Shown here in pieces: positions 38,148 through 48,751 of a stretch of 64,000 nucleotides of DNA (position 1 is its first letter; every line of letters begins with the position of its first letter). Source of the stretch: Aquificaceae bacterium (lineage in GTDB: Bacteria; Aquificota; Aquificia; Aquificales; Aquificaceae). A program made the translations under genes and the position numbers. The stretch spans positions 123,965 to 187,964 of the forward strand of contig JAXSMZ010000001.1 of NCBI GenBank assembly GCA_037924335.1. The letters run 5' to 3'. The notes under the pieces were generated by a model. The model was not told where the DNA came from and searched no databases. It was given only the letters and a program-made list of their open reading frames with translations.

Positions 38148-38504
38148 TCACATCTGCCACTTCAGAGCTCCTTTCCTCCATGCGTAAAGAAGGCCCAAAG
38201 CCAGTATGAAGATAAAAAGTATGGCCTCAACAAGCCCATACACACCTATCTCTTTGAAAACTACAGCCCATGGGAAAAGATAAGCAGCTTCTATATCAAA
38301 GAGTATAAGCAAGAGTCCAAGAAGGTAATAACCTTGCTTGAAGGTTCCCCTTGCCTCCTCATCGTAGATGGGAACACCGCATTCGTAAGGGTAGCCTTCC
38401 ATACTATCTTTGGTCTTTGGACCCAAAAGGTCGTTCAAAAAGGCAAAGGCAAAAGCCACAGCGAGGGCTATCAAGAAGAATATTAAGATTCCCAAATACT
38501 CCAT
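38148..38504 (-). CDS. nuoA: NADH-quinone oxidoreductase subunit A
   Basis: PYECG, LFDIEAAYLFPWA, WRKGALKW. Confidence 0.96.
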   Translation of the reverse strand: MEYLGILIFFLIALAVAFAFAFLNDLLGPKTKDSMEGYPYECGVPIYDEEARGTFKQGYYLLGLLLILFDIEAAYLFPWAVVFKEIGVYGLVEAILFIFILALGLLYAWRKGALKWQM

Positions 38505-38516
38505 AGCATACCTCCA

Positions 38517-39713
38517 TCAAGCTACTGGATATATACCTTCCACAAACCCCTTCCAAACTTCTGGCATTCTCTCCAACTCTTCCCTAGCTATCTTTTTTAC
38601 CTCTTCCTGAAGACCACTTAAGCTTTTGTATGTTCTTATCTTCACATCCAGCACTTGAGGTTCGTTTATGGGCTTTCCTATCTGAGATACTATATAGCAG
38701 TAGGCTTCCTCCACCTCTTCCACTTCTTCTACTGTCCTTTTGGCTATCTTGTTTGCCACTGTATTGTATATCTTACCTATATGAGATACAGGATTCTTAC
38801 CAGCCGCCGCCTCTAAGCTCATAGGCCTGTAAGGAGTTATAAGCCCATTCACACGGTTCCCCCTCCCAACCTGCCCATCGTCGCCTTGCTCTGCAGATGT
38901 CCCTGTGACAGTTATGTAAACAGACTCATCAGAATCAGCCGTGTTTATGTTTATATCAATCCTTCTGCCAAGGATCCCCTCTATGTATGTTTTTACCTTC
39001 TTGGCAAGGACATCCTTCCTCTCAAAGTAATCTTTTATATCCTTTACATAAAGGCTCAGAAAAGCTGCTGCTATGGTCAGCCTTATGTTCTCCCCAACCC
39101 TAACACCCATAACCTTTATATCTTCTCCAACCTCTGGATGCTCGTCTTTGAGAGCTTTTGAATTTAGGAACCTCTCAGCTTCAAAAACAGCCCTCTCCAA
39201 ACCATCAAGGGGAGCAAATCCTACACCGAAGGAGGTATCGTTTGAAAGAGGAATTTCACCACTTTTCTGAAACCTCTCAAAAAGGGCTATCAGGTCCTTA
39301 CTGCCCGGTTTTATCCTTGCATATACTTTTACATGCTTTTCTGGGTCAAGATGCCTTATGTGCTCTCTTATCCAGCTTTTCACTGTGTGAAGAACCATGT
39401 CCTCCGCATCCAAAACCTTTCCATCTTTCTCCAATATAGCCCTTCCAACCAAGTATATCTCTATAGGGTCTACAACCTCTCCACCACCAAAGTAAGCGTT
39501 AGCCTTTCCACCAACTAAAAGAGCCTTGTCCACGTTATGGTGCATCACAGCACCAAACTCATACAAGTACCACTTGCAGAGCTCCCTTGAAAGGCTTTCT
39601 GCAAGGTTATCACATATGGTGTCTGGGTGTCCGATCCCCTTTCTTTCTACTATCTCAGCATCCTGCCCGTAAACAGGCTCAAAGGTCATAGGGGTAACCA
39701 CTATGTTTTCCAC
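38517..39713 (-). CDS. mat: S-adenosylmethionine synthetase, archaeal type
   Basis: EIVERKGIGHPDTICD, HHNVDK, NDTSFGVG, GEDIKVM, GRGNRVNGLIT, GKNPVSHIGKIYN; GTG start. Confidence 0.93.
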   Translation of the reverse strand: MENIVVTPMTFEPVYGQDAEIVERKGIGHPDTICDNLAESLSRELCKWYLYEFGAVMHHNVDKALLVGGKANAYFGGGEVVDPIEIYLVGRAILEKDGKVLDAEDMVLHTVKSWIREHIRHLDPEKHVKVYARIKPGSKDLIALFERFQKSGEIPLSNDTSFGVGFAPLDGLERAVFEAERFLNSKALKDEHPEVGEDIKVMGVRVGENIRLTIAAAFLSLYVKDIKDYFERKDVLAKKVKTYIEGILGRRIDININTADSDESVYITVTGTSAEQGDDGQVGRGNRVNGLITPYRPMSLEAAAGKNPVSHIGKIYNTVANKIAKRTVEEVEEVEEAYCYIVSQIGKPINEPQVLDVKIRTYKSLSGLQEEVKKIAREELERMPEVWKGFVEGIYPVA

Positions 39714-39757
39714 ACGAAACCTCCAAAAAATCAGTTAAAGATTATAGCATATAAGTC

Positions 39758-40780
39758 CTATGGCTTACGCAAAAAAGGATAGCTTCTCAAAAGAGCCTTT
39801 AGCCTCTTTTCCCTTACCTCAATCTCAACCTCAAGGTTCTCTTTTCTAAAGTTTATATCCACAAAGCATAGAGCTATCCCCTTTTCAAGGGTGTACGAGT
39901 ATGTTCCACTGCTCACATACCCTATCTCCTTCCCTGATAGGTATATCTTGTAGCCTTCTCTTGGGATCCCTCTTTCTAAAAGCTCAAGGCCAAAGAGCTT
40001 CCTTTTAACCTCCTTTGAAAGGATGGTCTCCTTTCCCAAAAAGTCCTTCTCAAAGCTTATAAACCTATCCAAGCTGGCTTCAACTGGTGTTATTTCCTCA
40101 GATATTTCGTGCCCATAGAGAGCAAACCCAGCCTCTATACGCAGCACATCCCTGGATGCAAGTCCGCATGGTTTGGCTTCGGCAATGAGCTTTTTAAAGA
40201 CCTCTATACCATCTTCCAACTTTGCATAGATTTCAAACCCATCCTCACCCGTATAACCAGTCCTAGATACTATCGCAGAGTCGAAGACTTTAAAGTGATA
40301 GTACTTTAGACCATCAACTGGGAACAGCTTTGAGATTAGAGATTGGCTCATCTTACCTTGCAAGGCTATCTGAACAGTCTTGTTAGAGATATCCTCTACA
40401 GCATGATACTTGTATATCCAATCCTTTACCTTTTGGGTGTTTACCGCATTAACACAAAGCATGAACCTTTCTTCATCCAGCATGTAAATGGTGATGTCGT
40501 CAACTACACCTCCCCGCTCGTTGACGAGTAAGTTGTACTGAACCCTTCCAGGATAGAGCTTTTTTATGCTGTTTGTAGTGAGATATTCCAAGCATTCAGT
40601 AGCTCCTTTACCTTCCAATGTTAGCCTTCCCATGTGGGAAACATCAAAAAGGCCGCATGAGTTTCTTACGGCTAAAACTTCATCCTTTACTGATGAGTAA
40701 AAGGTCGGCATATCCCAACCAGCAAAGTTAATAAACTTAGCCCCAAGTGTCCTATGCAAACTGTAGAGAGGAGTCTTCAT
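39758..40780 (-). CDS. gcvT: Glycine cleavage system aminomethyltransferase T
   Basis: KTPLY, FAGWDMP, FDVSHMG, RTGYTGEDGFE, RDVLRIEAG. Confidence 0.95.
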   Translation of the reverse strand: MKTPLYSLHRTLGAKFINFAGWDMPTFYSSVKDEVLAVRNSCGLFDVSHMGRLTLEGKGATECLEYLTTNSIKKLYPGRVQYNLLVNERGGVVDDITIYMLDEERFMLCVNAVNTQKVKDWIYKYHAVEDISNKTVQIALQGKMSQSLISKLFPVDGLKYYHFKVFDSAIVSRTGYTGEDGFEIYAKLEDGIEVFKKLIAEAKPCGLASRDVLRIEAGFALYGHEISEEITPVEASLDRFISFEKDFLGKETILSKEVKRKLFGLELLERGIPREGYKIYLSGKEIGYVSSGTYSYTLEKGIALCFVDINFRKENLEVEIEVREKRLKALLRSYPFLRKP

Positions 40781-40805
40781 ATTAAACATTGTAAAATTTT
40801 TATGT

Positions 40806-41864
40806 ATGCTCGGCAAATACACACTACTTTTTTATGTGAGAATCTTTATCGTTGTAAGCCTAATACTTTTAGGAATTGTTTCATCCTATGCCTTTGCAGA
40901 GTTTTTCCTTGTTTTCAAAGAAAAGAGTATCAAAGTAGCCCTACTCTATTTTTTTAACCTATTACCATTAGCCTTTTTTTATCTTTTACCCACCACAAGC
41001 ATAGTGTCGCTCATGATAGTTTTCAGGCGCATATTCGTAAAGAAAATAGATCTAATTACCCAAAGCTTTGGCATATCCCCTTTAAAGTTTTCTTCAAGCA
41101 TACTCTTTTTCATACTTTTAATTTGTTTAATAAACTTTCTTCTAAGCTTTGATTTTTATGCAAAAAGAGATAAAAACTTGTATAACATAGAGAAAGAGTT
41201 TAAAAAAAAGCAGGATGTTGAGAATTTAATTGTTAGAAATGTGTGGTTTTTAAAGGACATTGATGGTGAGAGATTCTATGTAAATTTTCAACTTGTTAAT
41301 ATGAAAGATGGTAAAGTAGCTGGTATTTTTATACTAAGAAGTGAAAAAGGAAGTATAAAAGACGTTGTCTATGCGGACAAGGGCTTATGGAAAGGTGACA
41401 GAGTTTTTTTACCTTATGCAAAGGCTGAAGATTTCAAAAAGGGAGAAGAGAGCATAAAAAACTTATCCTTTGAGTTAGTAGACATCAGCATAGCTAAACC
41501 TATAGGAGAAAAAGTGCAGCATATATCCTCAAGTCAATTACTCTTGCTTTACAGCTTAGGGGATAAAATGGGATTGAATTATAATCTTTACATGGCGGAG
41601 TTTCTGAGAAGATTTCTGCTCAGCTTTTCCTCACTCCCTATACTCGTAATAACTTTGTCAGCAACTGTAAAGAAGAGAAGTATACTTTTTGGCTTTTTCC
41701 ATTTTCTTTTCGCCACAACGCTTTATTGGGTAGGTTTGAGCTCAGTAAAGGCTCTTGCCGAAGATACGTCTTTTAACCCTTTATATGGGCTTTTAGTTTT
41801 TTTGCCCCTTCTGTATTTCTCTCTAAAAGGAGTTTATGACCTTGTAAAAGGATTCAGGGTCTAA
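40806..41864 (+). CDS. LptF/LptG family LPS export ABC permease
   Basis: 3 TM, beta-rich periplasmic region, 3 TM; short amphipathic segment before TM3. Confidence 0.75.
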   Translation: MLGKYTLLFYVRIFIVVSLILLGIVSSYAFAEFFLVFKEKSIKVALLYFFNLLPLAFFYLLPTTSIVSLMIVFRRIFVKKIDLITQSFGISPLKFSSSILFFILLICLINFLLSFDFYAKRDKNLYNIEKEFKKKQDVENLIVRNVWFLKDIDGERFYVNFQLVNMKDGKVAGIFILRSEKGSIKDVVYADKGLWKGDRVFLPYAKAEDFKKGEESIKNLSFELVDISIAKPIGEKVQHISSSQLLLLYSLGDKMGLNYNLYMAEFLRRFLLSFSSLPILVITLSATVKKRSILFGFFHFLFATTLYWVGLSSVKALAEDTSFNPLYGLLVFLPLLYFSLKGVYDLVKGFRV

Positions 41865-42563
41865 GCTTGCTCCACCCACGAGGAGACCATCCACATGGGG
41901 CATCCTCATGAATTCTTGCGCATTGCTTGGGTTCACACTGCCACCGTACAGGACTCTTACTCCGGTGGAACTATTGGCGCTCATTTTTGAAACGACATCC
42001 TTTATGAAGCTGTGAACCTGCTGTGCATCCTCCGGGGTTGCCGGATTACCGCTCCCTATAGCCCAGACCGGTTCATAGGCTATGTCCAACATATTTGCAT
42101 ACCTCTCTATCCCAGACAGAGCAAATCTAAGTTGTGTTTCGACTACCTTGAAGGTAAGTCCAGCTTCCCTGTCTTCTATTCTCTCCCCAATGCAGAGTAT
42201 GGGTCTTACACCCTTCTCCAGGCATGCTATCAGCTTTCTGTTTATCATCTCATCACTCTCGCCAAAGACCCATCTCCTCTCCGAATGCCCTACGATCACA
42301 TACGAGACATCAAGTTCCTTAAGCATATCTATGGAGACTTCTCCAGTAAAAGCACCCTTCTCTTCATAATGCACGTTTTGGGCTCCAAGCTTTACCTTTG
42401 TTCCTTTGAGCATATCGCTTGCAACGCAGAGAGATGTAAAGGGTGGGCATATGAGGATTTCTCTGTCTTCTATGCCCTTGACTAAAGTTAAGAAGGTATC
42501 AAGATATCCCTTGGTTTGAGATGGGGTTTTGTTCATCTTCCAGTTTGCGGCTATAAGCTTCAT
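41823..42563 (-). CDS. tpiA: Triosephosphate isomerase
   Basis: AANWKMN, GAFTGE, VGHSERR, AYEPVWAIG, LYGGSV. Confidence 0.98.
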   Translation of the reverse strand: MKLIAANWKMNKTPSQTKGYLDTFLTLVKGIEDREILICPPFTSLCVASDMLKGTKVKLGAQNVHYEEKGAFTGEVSIDMLKELDVSYVIVGHSERRWVFGESDEMINRKLIACLEKGVRPILCIGERIEDREAGLTFKVVETQLRFALSGIERYANMLDIAYEPVWAIGSGNPATPEDAQQVHSFIKDVVSKMSANSSTGVRVLYGGSVNPSNAQEFMRMPHVDGLLVGGASLDPESFYKVINSF

Positions 42564-42735
42564 GCACTGAGTTTAACCCAAAACATAAGCTTATGTCAAC
42601 TTATAAGCCTCTGGATGGGAAAAGCTTTGGCACTCACCGCAGGGGCGTAGTTTGTGAATACTCATAGGCTACTTTTGAAACACCCTCACAATAACTTGAC
42701 ACATGGAAAAGTTCTATAAGATAATTAAAAAATCT

Positions 42736-43296
42736 ATGAAGATGCTTATCTTAGCTTCCCAATCAAAGAGGAGAGTAGAGATACTCAAAATGTTGGGTTT
42801 TAAATTTTTGGTAATACCGGCAAGAGTTGATGAAAGGGTTAGAGTCAGCTCACCTGCCTTGACTGCTAGAAGGTTAGCCTTCAAAAAAAGCTTTACTGTA
42901 TGGAAAGAGTACAAGTACGCCACCGTAATTGGAGCTGACACCATCGTAGTATTGGATGGTCAAGTCTTTGGAAAACCAAAGGACAAGGAAGATGTCAAGA
43001 GGATGCTCCTTTCCCTTTCTGGAAGATGGCATAAGGTTATAACAGCCGTGAGCGTTGTCTTCCCGAAGGGAAGGATAACCTTTCACGATTCCTCTTTGGT
43101 AAAGTTCAGAAGGATAACAGAAGATGAGATAGAGGAGTATATAGATATGGGGGAGCCGATGGATAAAGCTGGAGCTTATGCTGTGCAGGGTTTTGGTGCC
43201 ACCTTCGTAGAAAAAATTGTGGGAGACTTTTACACTGTTATGGGCATTCCCGCGTCAAAAACTTACAGAGTGTTAAGACAAATTCTCAGGAGGTAG
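42736..43296 (+). CDS. maf: Maf-family nucleoside triphosphate pyrophosphatase
   Basis: ILASQSKRR, IGADTIV, KP, DKAGAY, VMGIP. Confidence 0.94.
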   Translation: MKMLILASQSKRRVEILKMLGFKFLVIPARVDERVRVSSPALTARRLAFKKSFTVWKEYKYATVIGADTIVVLDGQVFGKPKDKEDVKRMLLSLSGRWHKVITAVSVVFPKGRITFHDSSLVKFRRITEDEIEEYIDMGEPMDKAGAYAVQGFGATFVEKIVGDFYTVMGIPASKTYRVLRQILRR

Positions 43297-43300
43297 AAGG

Positions 43301-43798
43301 ATGACTTTAAGGGTCAATGATAGGGCAAAAGGCTTTACACTTAACAGCTATGATGGGAAGAGCTATTCATTGCATAGCCTTGAAGGTTACAAGCTGCTCA
43401 TATTTTACAAAGTTACATGTCCAACATGCCAGTTTACCTTTCCTTTCATCGAGAAGATGTTCAAATGGTACGGCGAGAAGATTCATTTTTTAGGTATAGC
43501 CCAGGACAGTTCAAAGGAAGTTTACGAATTTTCAAAAGGCTATGGTTTTACATTCCCACAGCTTATAGATGCACCGAGCTATGAAACTTCAAAAGCTTAC
43601 GATGTTGAAACAGTCCCAACCATATACCTTATAGATGAGTGGAAGATTCTCTTTATCACTCAGGGATTTGTTAAGTCTGAGCTTGAAAACCTGAACTTTA
43701 TCCTTTCCAGTTTAAGCGACTTGCAAGCTCTTGATTTGTTTGAAGATAAAAGGGTGCCAGAGTTTAAACCAGGCTGAGGCTCAAGAAGCGTGCGTTAG
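43301..43798 (+). CDS. TlpA/AhpC-TSA thioredoxin-fold protein; probable selenoprotein (TGA at 43775-43777 read as Sec, true stop TAG 43796-43798)
   Basis: CPTC redox motif and cis-Pro VPT; C-terminus KPG-TGA-GSRSVR*; SECIS-like hairpin downstream. Family call is firm, Sec readthrough is inferred. Confidence 0.8.
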
Positions 43799-43809
43799 GT
43801 TAACGCCAT
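43790..43809 (+). promoter_or_regulatory. Candidate bacterial SECIS element
   Basis: Stem GCGTTA/TAACGC (43792-43797/43801-43806) with GGT apical loop 20 nt after the TGA. Confidence 0.65.
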
Positions 43810-44479
43810 GTTTTGCAAAAGCTTAGAAGAGATACAGGAGAGGATTTTAAGGGCTTGTGAAAGGTCTGGTAGAAAAAGGGAAGAGGTAACTCTTTTGGGG
43901 GCTTCAAAGGGAGTTTCATGGGAAGTCATAAGTACCTTCTATGAGTGTGGGCTGAAGACATTTGGAGAAAACAGAGTTCAGGAGTTTTTGAAAAAGTATG
44001 ATAACTTGAAAGACAGAAACATAGACTGGCATTTTATAGGTAGGTTGCAGACTAACAAAGTCAAATACATAATAGACAAGGTCAGCTTGATACACTCCTT
44101 AGACAGAGAGTCCCTTGCCGATGAGATAAACAGATCAGCAAAGAGGAAAGAGAAAGTCCAAAAGGTTCTTGTAGAGATAAACTTTGGGGAGGAGACAAAG
44201 GGCGGAGTTAAGCCAGAAAACCTAAAAGCTCTTTACGAATATACTTTGAACTTAGAAAACCTTCAGGTAACTGGCCTTATGTGTATACCACCTTACAGAA
44301 AAGATCCAGAGGATGTAAGACCTTACTTTAGAGAGATGGCTAAGTTGAAGAGAGAGTTAGAGTATGAGTACAGAGTCACTCTGCCAGAGCTTTCTATGGG
44401 CATGTCCAGCGACTTTGAAGTTGCAATTGAAGAAGGAGCAACTATCGTAAGGATAGGTACAGCTTTATTTGCACCTTGA
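43808..44479 (+). CDS. yggS: Pyridoxal phosphate homeostasis protein (YggS)
   Basis: GASK, FGENRVQE, WHFIGRLQTNKVK, GLMCIPP, LSMGMSSD, VRIGT. Confidence 0.95.
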   Translation: MFCKSLEEIQERILRACERSGRKREEVTLLGASKGVSWEVISTFYECGLKTFGENRVQEFLKKYDNLKDRNIDWHFIGRLQTNKVKYIIDKVSLIHSLDRESLADEINRSAKRKEKVQKVLVEINFGEETKGGVKPENLKALYEYTLNLENLQVTGLMCIPPYRKDPEDVRPYFREMAKLKRELEYEYRVTLPELSMGMSSDFEVAIEEGATIVRIGTALFAP

Positions 44480-44528
44480 AAAGTTTTTAATATGGATTAT
44501 TTTATTAAGAAACCAAGAGAAAAAATCC

Positions 44529-45881
44529 ATGATTAAGTTAAGAGAACCCATAGTTGCTATTGCTACACCTTATGGTGCGAGCGCTATAGGCGTGATCAGA
44601 CTATCAGGACAAGGAGTATGGGAAAGGGTCAAGAGGTATGTAAAAATAAGAGGAGAGCCAAAGCCACGGTATGCTTACCTTGTAAAGCTCATAGATGAGT
44701 CTGAAAGTACAATAGACCAAGGGATAATGGTATATTACATGTCTCCAAACTCTTACACTGGAGAGGACATGATAGAGCTTAGCTTACATGGAAATCCACT
44801 GATACTAAAAAAGGCTCTTGAGCTTTTTGTAAGGAGCGGCGTAAGGCTTGCACATCCTGGAGAGTTTACGAAGAGAGCTTTCTTGAACGGGAAAATGGAC
44901 CTAACTCAAGCAGAGGCAGTTGCTGACCTCATAAACGCAAAAACAGAACTTGCAAGGAAGGCTGCCATAAGGCAACTTCAAGGAGACTTATCCAGCTATG
45001 TGAATTCACTGCGGGAGAAAATGCTTGAGCTCTTAGCTTATGTTGAAGCAGACATCGAGTTTTCGGAGGAGGACATACCTACTTTGACAAAAGATCAAAC
45101 TATCCTTATACTCACAAGCGTGGAGGATGGTATAAGAGCACTTCTCTCAACGGTGAGGAGGGGAGAGTTTATAAGAAGGGGTATCAACCTAGCCATTGTT
45201 GGAAAGCCAAATGTAGGAAAATCATCCCTCTTCAACGCTTTGCTTGGTCAAGATAGAGCTATAGTTACCGATATTCCAGGAACTACAAGGGATTTCCTTC
45301 AAGAGCAAGTCCATCTGTACGGTATTCCCATAAACTTCATAGATACGGCGGGGATAAGGAGCACGTATGACAGTTTAGAAAGGTTGGGTATTCAAAGAAG
45401 TGTGGAAAGGATAAAAAACGCTGACCTTGTTCTCTTTGTTATAGATTCCTCAAACCCAGTTGAAAGGGAAGACTGGGAGGTGTATAATTTAATAAAAGAA
45501 AGAGACCATATAAAGGTGCTGAACAAAGTGGACCTAGGGATAAATCCATCGGTAATGGATACCTTTCCAGATGCTGTTTGGATTAGTGCTAAGACTGGAG
45601 AGGGTATAGAAAAGCTCAAAGAGGTTATGCTTGAAAAGGTTGGGCTGATAAACGAGGACTGCATGAACCTTTACATATCTACGAGGCATGCAGATATGCT
45701 TGAAAAAGCTCTAAGTGTTATAGGGTCTGTTAAAGGAAAAATCCTTATGGAAGACATATCTCCAGAGATCATTATGTTGGACATAAGAGAGGCGCTGAAC
45801 CACCTTGAAGAGATAGTGGGAATTATAACTACCGAGGATATGCTTGATAGCGTATTCTCAAGGTTTTGTATAGGAAAATAA
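44529..45881 (+). CDS. mnmE: tRNA modification GTPase MnmE
   Basis: AIATPYG, SYTGED, GEFTKRAFLNGK, GKPNVGKSS, DTAGIR, FCIGK C-terminus. Confidence 0.97.
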   Translation: MIKLREPIVAIATPYGASAIGVIRLSGQGVWERVKRYVKIRGEPKPRYAYLVKLIDESESTIDQGIMVYYMSPNSYTGEDMIELSLHGNPLILKKALELFVRSGVRLAHPGEFTKRAFLNGKMDLTQAEAVADLINAKTELARKAAIRQLQGDLSSYVNSLREKMLELLAYVEADIEFSEEDIPTLTKDQTILILTSVEDGIRALLSTVRRGEFIRRGINLAIVGKPNVGKSSLFNALLGQDRAIVTDIPGTTRDFLQEQVHLYGIPINFIDTAGIRSTYDSLERLGIQRSVERIKNADLVLFVIDSSNPVEREDWEVYNLIKERDHIKVLNKVDLGINPSVMDTFPDAVWISAKTGEGIEKLKEVMLEKVGLINEDCMNLYISTRHADMLEKALSVIGSVKGKILMEDISPEIIMLDIREALNHLEEIVGIITTEDMLDSVFSRFCIGK

Positions 45882-45898
45882 ACTAAGGAGGACTTCTG

Positions 45899-47197
45899 AT
45901 GGAGCAAGAAGCACAAACAACTCAGGAAAAGAGGTCATACGCATACGAAGAACTTAAAAAGATGTCCATTGGAGAGCTTCAGAAGATAGGGAAAGAGTTT
46001 GAGCTATCAAGGGTTACCGGTCTTAGGAAAGAGGAGCTAATAGAGAAAATACTCATCACGCAGGCAAAAGAGGAGGGGCTAAACTTTGTCAAGGGTGTGC
46101 TTGAGATACTCCCAGAAAGCTACGGTTTTATAAGAAGTTCTGAAAACAACTATATGCCAAGCTCTATGGATATATACGTTTCACCTTCCCAAATAAAGAA
46201 GTTTGGCCTGAGAACTGGAGACACCATAATAGGCTTTGCAAGGCCACCACAGGAAAAGGAAAAGTATCAAGCCCTTATAAAGATAGAATCTGTATGTGGA
46301 CTTCCTGCAGTTCCAGAAGTTCTCAAAACAAGGCCTATCTTTGAGAAACTAACACCCTACCATCCTACAAGTAAGTTCAACTTAGAGACATCCCCTACAG
46401 AACTGTCAACGAGGGTTATAAGCCTCATAGCTCCAATAGGAAAGGGGCAGCGTGGTCTGATAGTTGCACCACCAAAGGCTGGAAAAACTGTGCTTCTTCA
46501 AAAGATAGCCAGAGCATTGATCCAAAATCATCCGGAGGTACACCTGATCATCCTCCTGATAGATGAAAGGCCTGAGGAAGTGACAGAAATGAGAAGGATA
46601 GTGGGAGAGGGTGCTGAAGTGGTTGCCTCCACCTTTGATGAACCACCTGAGAGACACATGCAAGTGGCTGAGCTTGTGGTTGAGAAGGCAAAGAGGATGG
46701 TTGAGCTAAAGCAGGATGTGGTCATACTTCTTGATTCTATGACAAGGTTTGGTAGAGCTGCCAACGCTGTGACTCCCCCAACTGGAAGAGTTTTGACTGG
46801 AGGTATAGAGGCAACTGCACTTCAAAGGCCTAAGAAGTTCTTTGGAGCAGCAAGAAACATAGAAGAGGGTGGTTCCCTTACCATAATAGCAACAGCTCTA
46901 ATAGAAACAGGGTCTAAGATGGATGATGTTATATACGAAGAGTTCAAAGGTACGGGTAATATGGAGATCCATCTGGACAGAAGGCTTATGGAGAGGAGAA
47001 TATTCCCAGCCATAAACATTGAGAAGTCTGGAACAAGAAGGGAGGAGCTATTGCTTGAAGACTGGGAGCTTCAAAGGATATGGGTGCTTAGGAAGTTTCT
47101 GGCAACTATGGACGCAATAGAGGCTATGGAGTTCCTTCTTGATAAGCTCAAAAAGTTTAAGAATAACAAGGAATTCCTTAAAGCCATGCACTCATGA
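45899..47197 (+). CDS. rho: Transcription termination factor Rho
   Basis: [37 protein letters not shown]. Confidence 0.98.
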   Translation: MEQEAQTTQEKRSYAYEELKKMSIGELQKIGKEFELSRVTGLRKEELIEKILITQAKEEGLNFVKGVLEILPESYGFIRSSENNYMPSSMDIYVSPSQIKKFGLRTGDTIIGFARPPQEKEKYQALIKIESVCGLPAVPEVLKTRPIFEKLTPYHPTSKFNLETSPTELSTRVISLIAPIGKGQRGLIVAPPKAGKTVLLQKIARALIQNHPEVHLIILLIDERPEEVTEMRRIVGEGAEVVASTFDEPPERHMQVAELVVEKAKRMVELKQDVVILLDSMTRFGRAANAVTPPTGRVLTGGIEATALQRPKKFFGAARNIEEGGSLTIIATALIETGSKMDDVIYEEFKGTGNMEIHLDRRLMERRIFPAINIEKSGTRREELLLEDWELQRIWVLRKFLATMDAIEAMEFLLDKLKKFKNNKEFLKAMHS

Positions 47198-48180
47198 ACC
47201 TTTTAGAATACCAAAAGGGTCTTGAAAAAAGGCAGATAAAGCCCATAAACCTGATACATGGGGAGGATGAGTATGTGATTAAGGTCTTTATGGATAAGAT
47301 ATCTACATTGTACAAACTTGGTGTTCTGTGGGGGGACGAACTTGACAAAAAGACGTTGGTCTCAAAGCTTACAGAAGAGGAGATGTTTGAAAAGAGAGAA
47401 AGGGTAGTCTTTGTAAAGAAAGCCGATGACCTTCTTAAAACCATAAAAGACGGTGCTTACTTTACTTCCTTAGCAAAGAAGTTAAAAAGAACTAAGCTGT
47501 TTCTGATAGTACCGCAGAAACTGAGCAAGCAAACTCTCGAAAAGGAACCCTTTAGGTCTCTATCTCTTCTGTGTGATGTGCTTGAGGCAAAGGGCCCCGA
47601 TAAGAAAAAGGTTAGAGAACTTGTGGAAGGAAGGTTCAAGAAGGAAGGTATAAAAATACAGCAGGAGGCTATTGATTATCTGCTTGAAATGACATCTTAC
47701 AACCTAATGCTGTTAAAGGGTGAGGTAGAAAAGCTTATTCTTTATGGGAAAAAAGAGATAACCCTTGACGATATAAAAAGACTTTGCGTGCTGAGCGTAG
47801 AGCACTCTGTCTTTGATCTGCTAAAGGCTTTTTTTACAAAAGATTTAGAGAACTCTCTGTTCTTTTTAGAATCTCTGTATAGGTCTGGTGTGATGGCATT
47901 ACAGATACAGGCTACACTGATAAGCTATGCGACCAAGCTTTTCGTAGCAAAAAAACTCGTTGTAAAAGGACTCAGCCAGGAGGAAGCCTTGAGAAAGGTA
48001 GGGATAAGGCATCCATACCAGCTTCACAATTTTAAGCTTTTTATGGAAAAGCTAAGCACAAAGGATATAAGCAAGCTCATATCCAGCCTTTATTGGCTTG
48101 ACATATCAGAAAAGCTTTACTTTGAAGACCCAGAGAAGAGCCTAAGAGATCTTGTGATAGAATATATGAAAGATGCGTGA
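47194..48180 (+). CDS. holA: DNA polymerase III subunit delta
   Basis: LIHGEDEY N-terminus, [12 protein letters not shown], size and fold pattern. Confidence 0.85.
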   Translation: MNLLEYQKGLEKRQIKPINLIHGEDEYVIKVFMDKISTLYKLGVLWGDELDKKTLVSKLTEEEMFEKRERVVFVKKADDLLKTIKDGAYFTSLAKKLKRTKLFLIVPQKLSKQTLEKEPFRSLSLLCDVLEAKGPDKKKVRELVEGRFKKEGIKIQQEAIDYLLEMTSYNLMLLKGEVEKLILYGKKEITLDDIKRLCVLSVEHSVFDLLKAFFTKDLENSLFFLESLYRSGVMALQIQATLISYATKLFVAKKLVVKGLSQEEALRKVGIRHPYQLHNFKLFMEKLSTKDISKLISSLYWLDISEKLYFEDPEKSLRDLVIEYMKDA

Positions 48181-48751
48181 TGCTGAGCTGATAAGAGAAA
48201 CAAAAGAGACAAAGGTTTCCATTTACATAAACCTGGATGGAAGTGGCAACTACGAGATTAAAACTCCCATAGGTTTTTTGACGCACATGCTCGAAACATT
48301 TTCAAAACATTCTGGTTTTGATACAAAGGTTTATGCGGAGGGAGACGTCCACGTATCTTATCATCACCTTGTGGAGGATGTGGGGATAACATTGGGTAGT
48401 GCCATACACAAAGCCTTAGGAGATAAAAGGGGAATAAACAGGTTTGGCTACAGCATCGTTCCTATGGACGAAGCTTTGGTTTTAAGCGGCATAGACATCT
48501 CTGGAAGACCCCTTCTCTTTTACGAGGATATGGGACTAAAAGGAAAGATAACAGACTTCGATTTTGAGCTGACCTGGGAGTTCTTCAAAGGCTTTGCCCT
48601 CGAATCCAAAAGCACGCTTCACATAAGGGTCATGTCTGGAAAGATACTCCATCACGTAGCTGAAGCTTGTTTCAAATCCTTTGCCCTGACTCTTAAACAA
48701 GCCGTTAGCATCACAGGCAAAAGTATCCCCTCTACAAAGGGAGTAGTATGA
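48173..48751 (+). CDS. hisB: Imidazoleglycerol-phosphate dehydratase
   Basis: RETKET, HHLVED, PMDEAL, HHVAEA, PSTKG. Confidence 0.96.
   Translation: MRDAELIRETKETKVSIYINLDGSGNYEIKTPIGFLTHMLETFSKHSGFDTKVYAEGDVHVSYHHLVEDVGITLGSAIHKALGDKRGINRFGYSIVPMDEALVLSGIDISGRPLLFYEDMGLKGKITDFDFELTWEFFKGFALESKSTLHIRVMSGKILHHVAEACFKSFALTLKQAVSITGKSIPSTKGVV

Noticed and set aside
41823-41864. 42-bp convergent overlap of the LptF/G gene and tpiA (similarly rfaE2/recO 15768-15795)
   Set aside because: Both C-termini look natural and short convergent overlaps are common in this compact genome; no single-base fix is evident.
42564-42702. Intergenic stretch with a 14-bp palindrome ACATAAGCTTATGT (42583-42596), a GC-rich patch and a 24-codon CxxC ORF on the minus strand
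   Set aside because: No tRNA/tmRNA/6S fold or SD found; AAGCTT-centred palindromes are frequent in this sequence; insufficient support.
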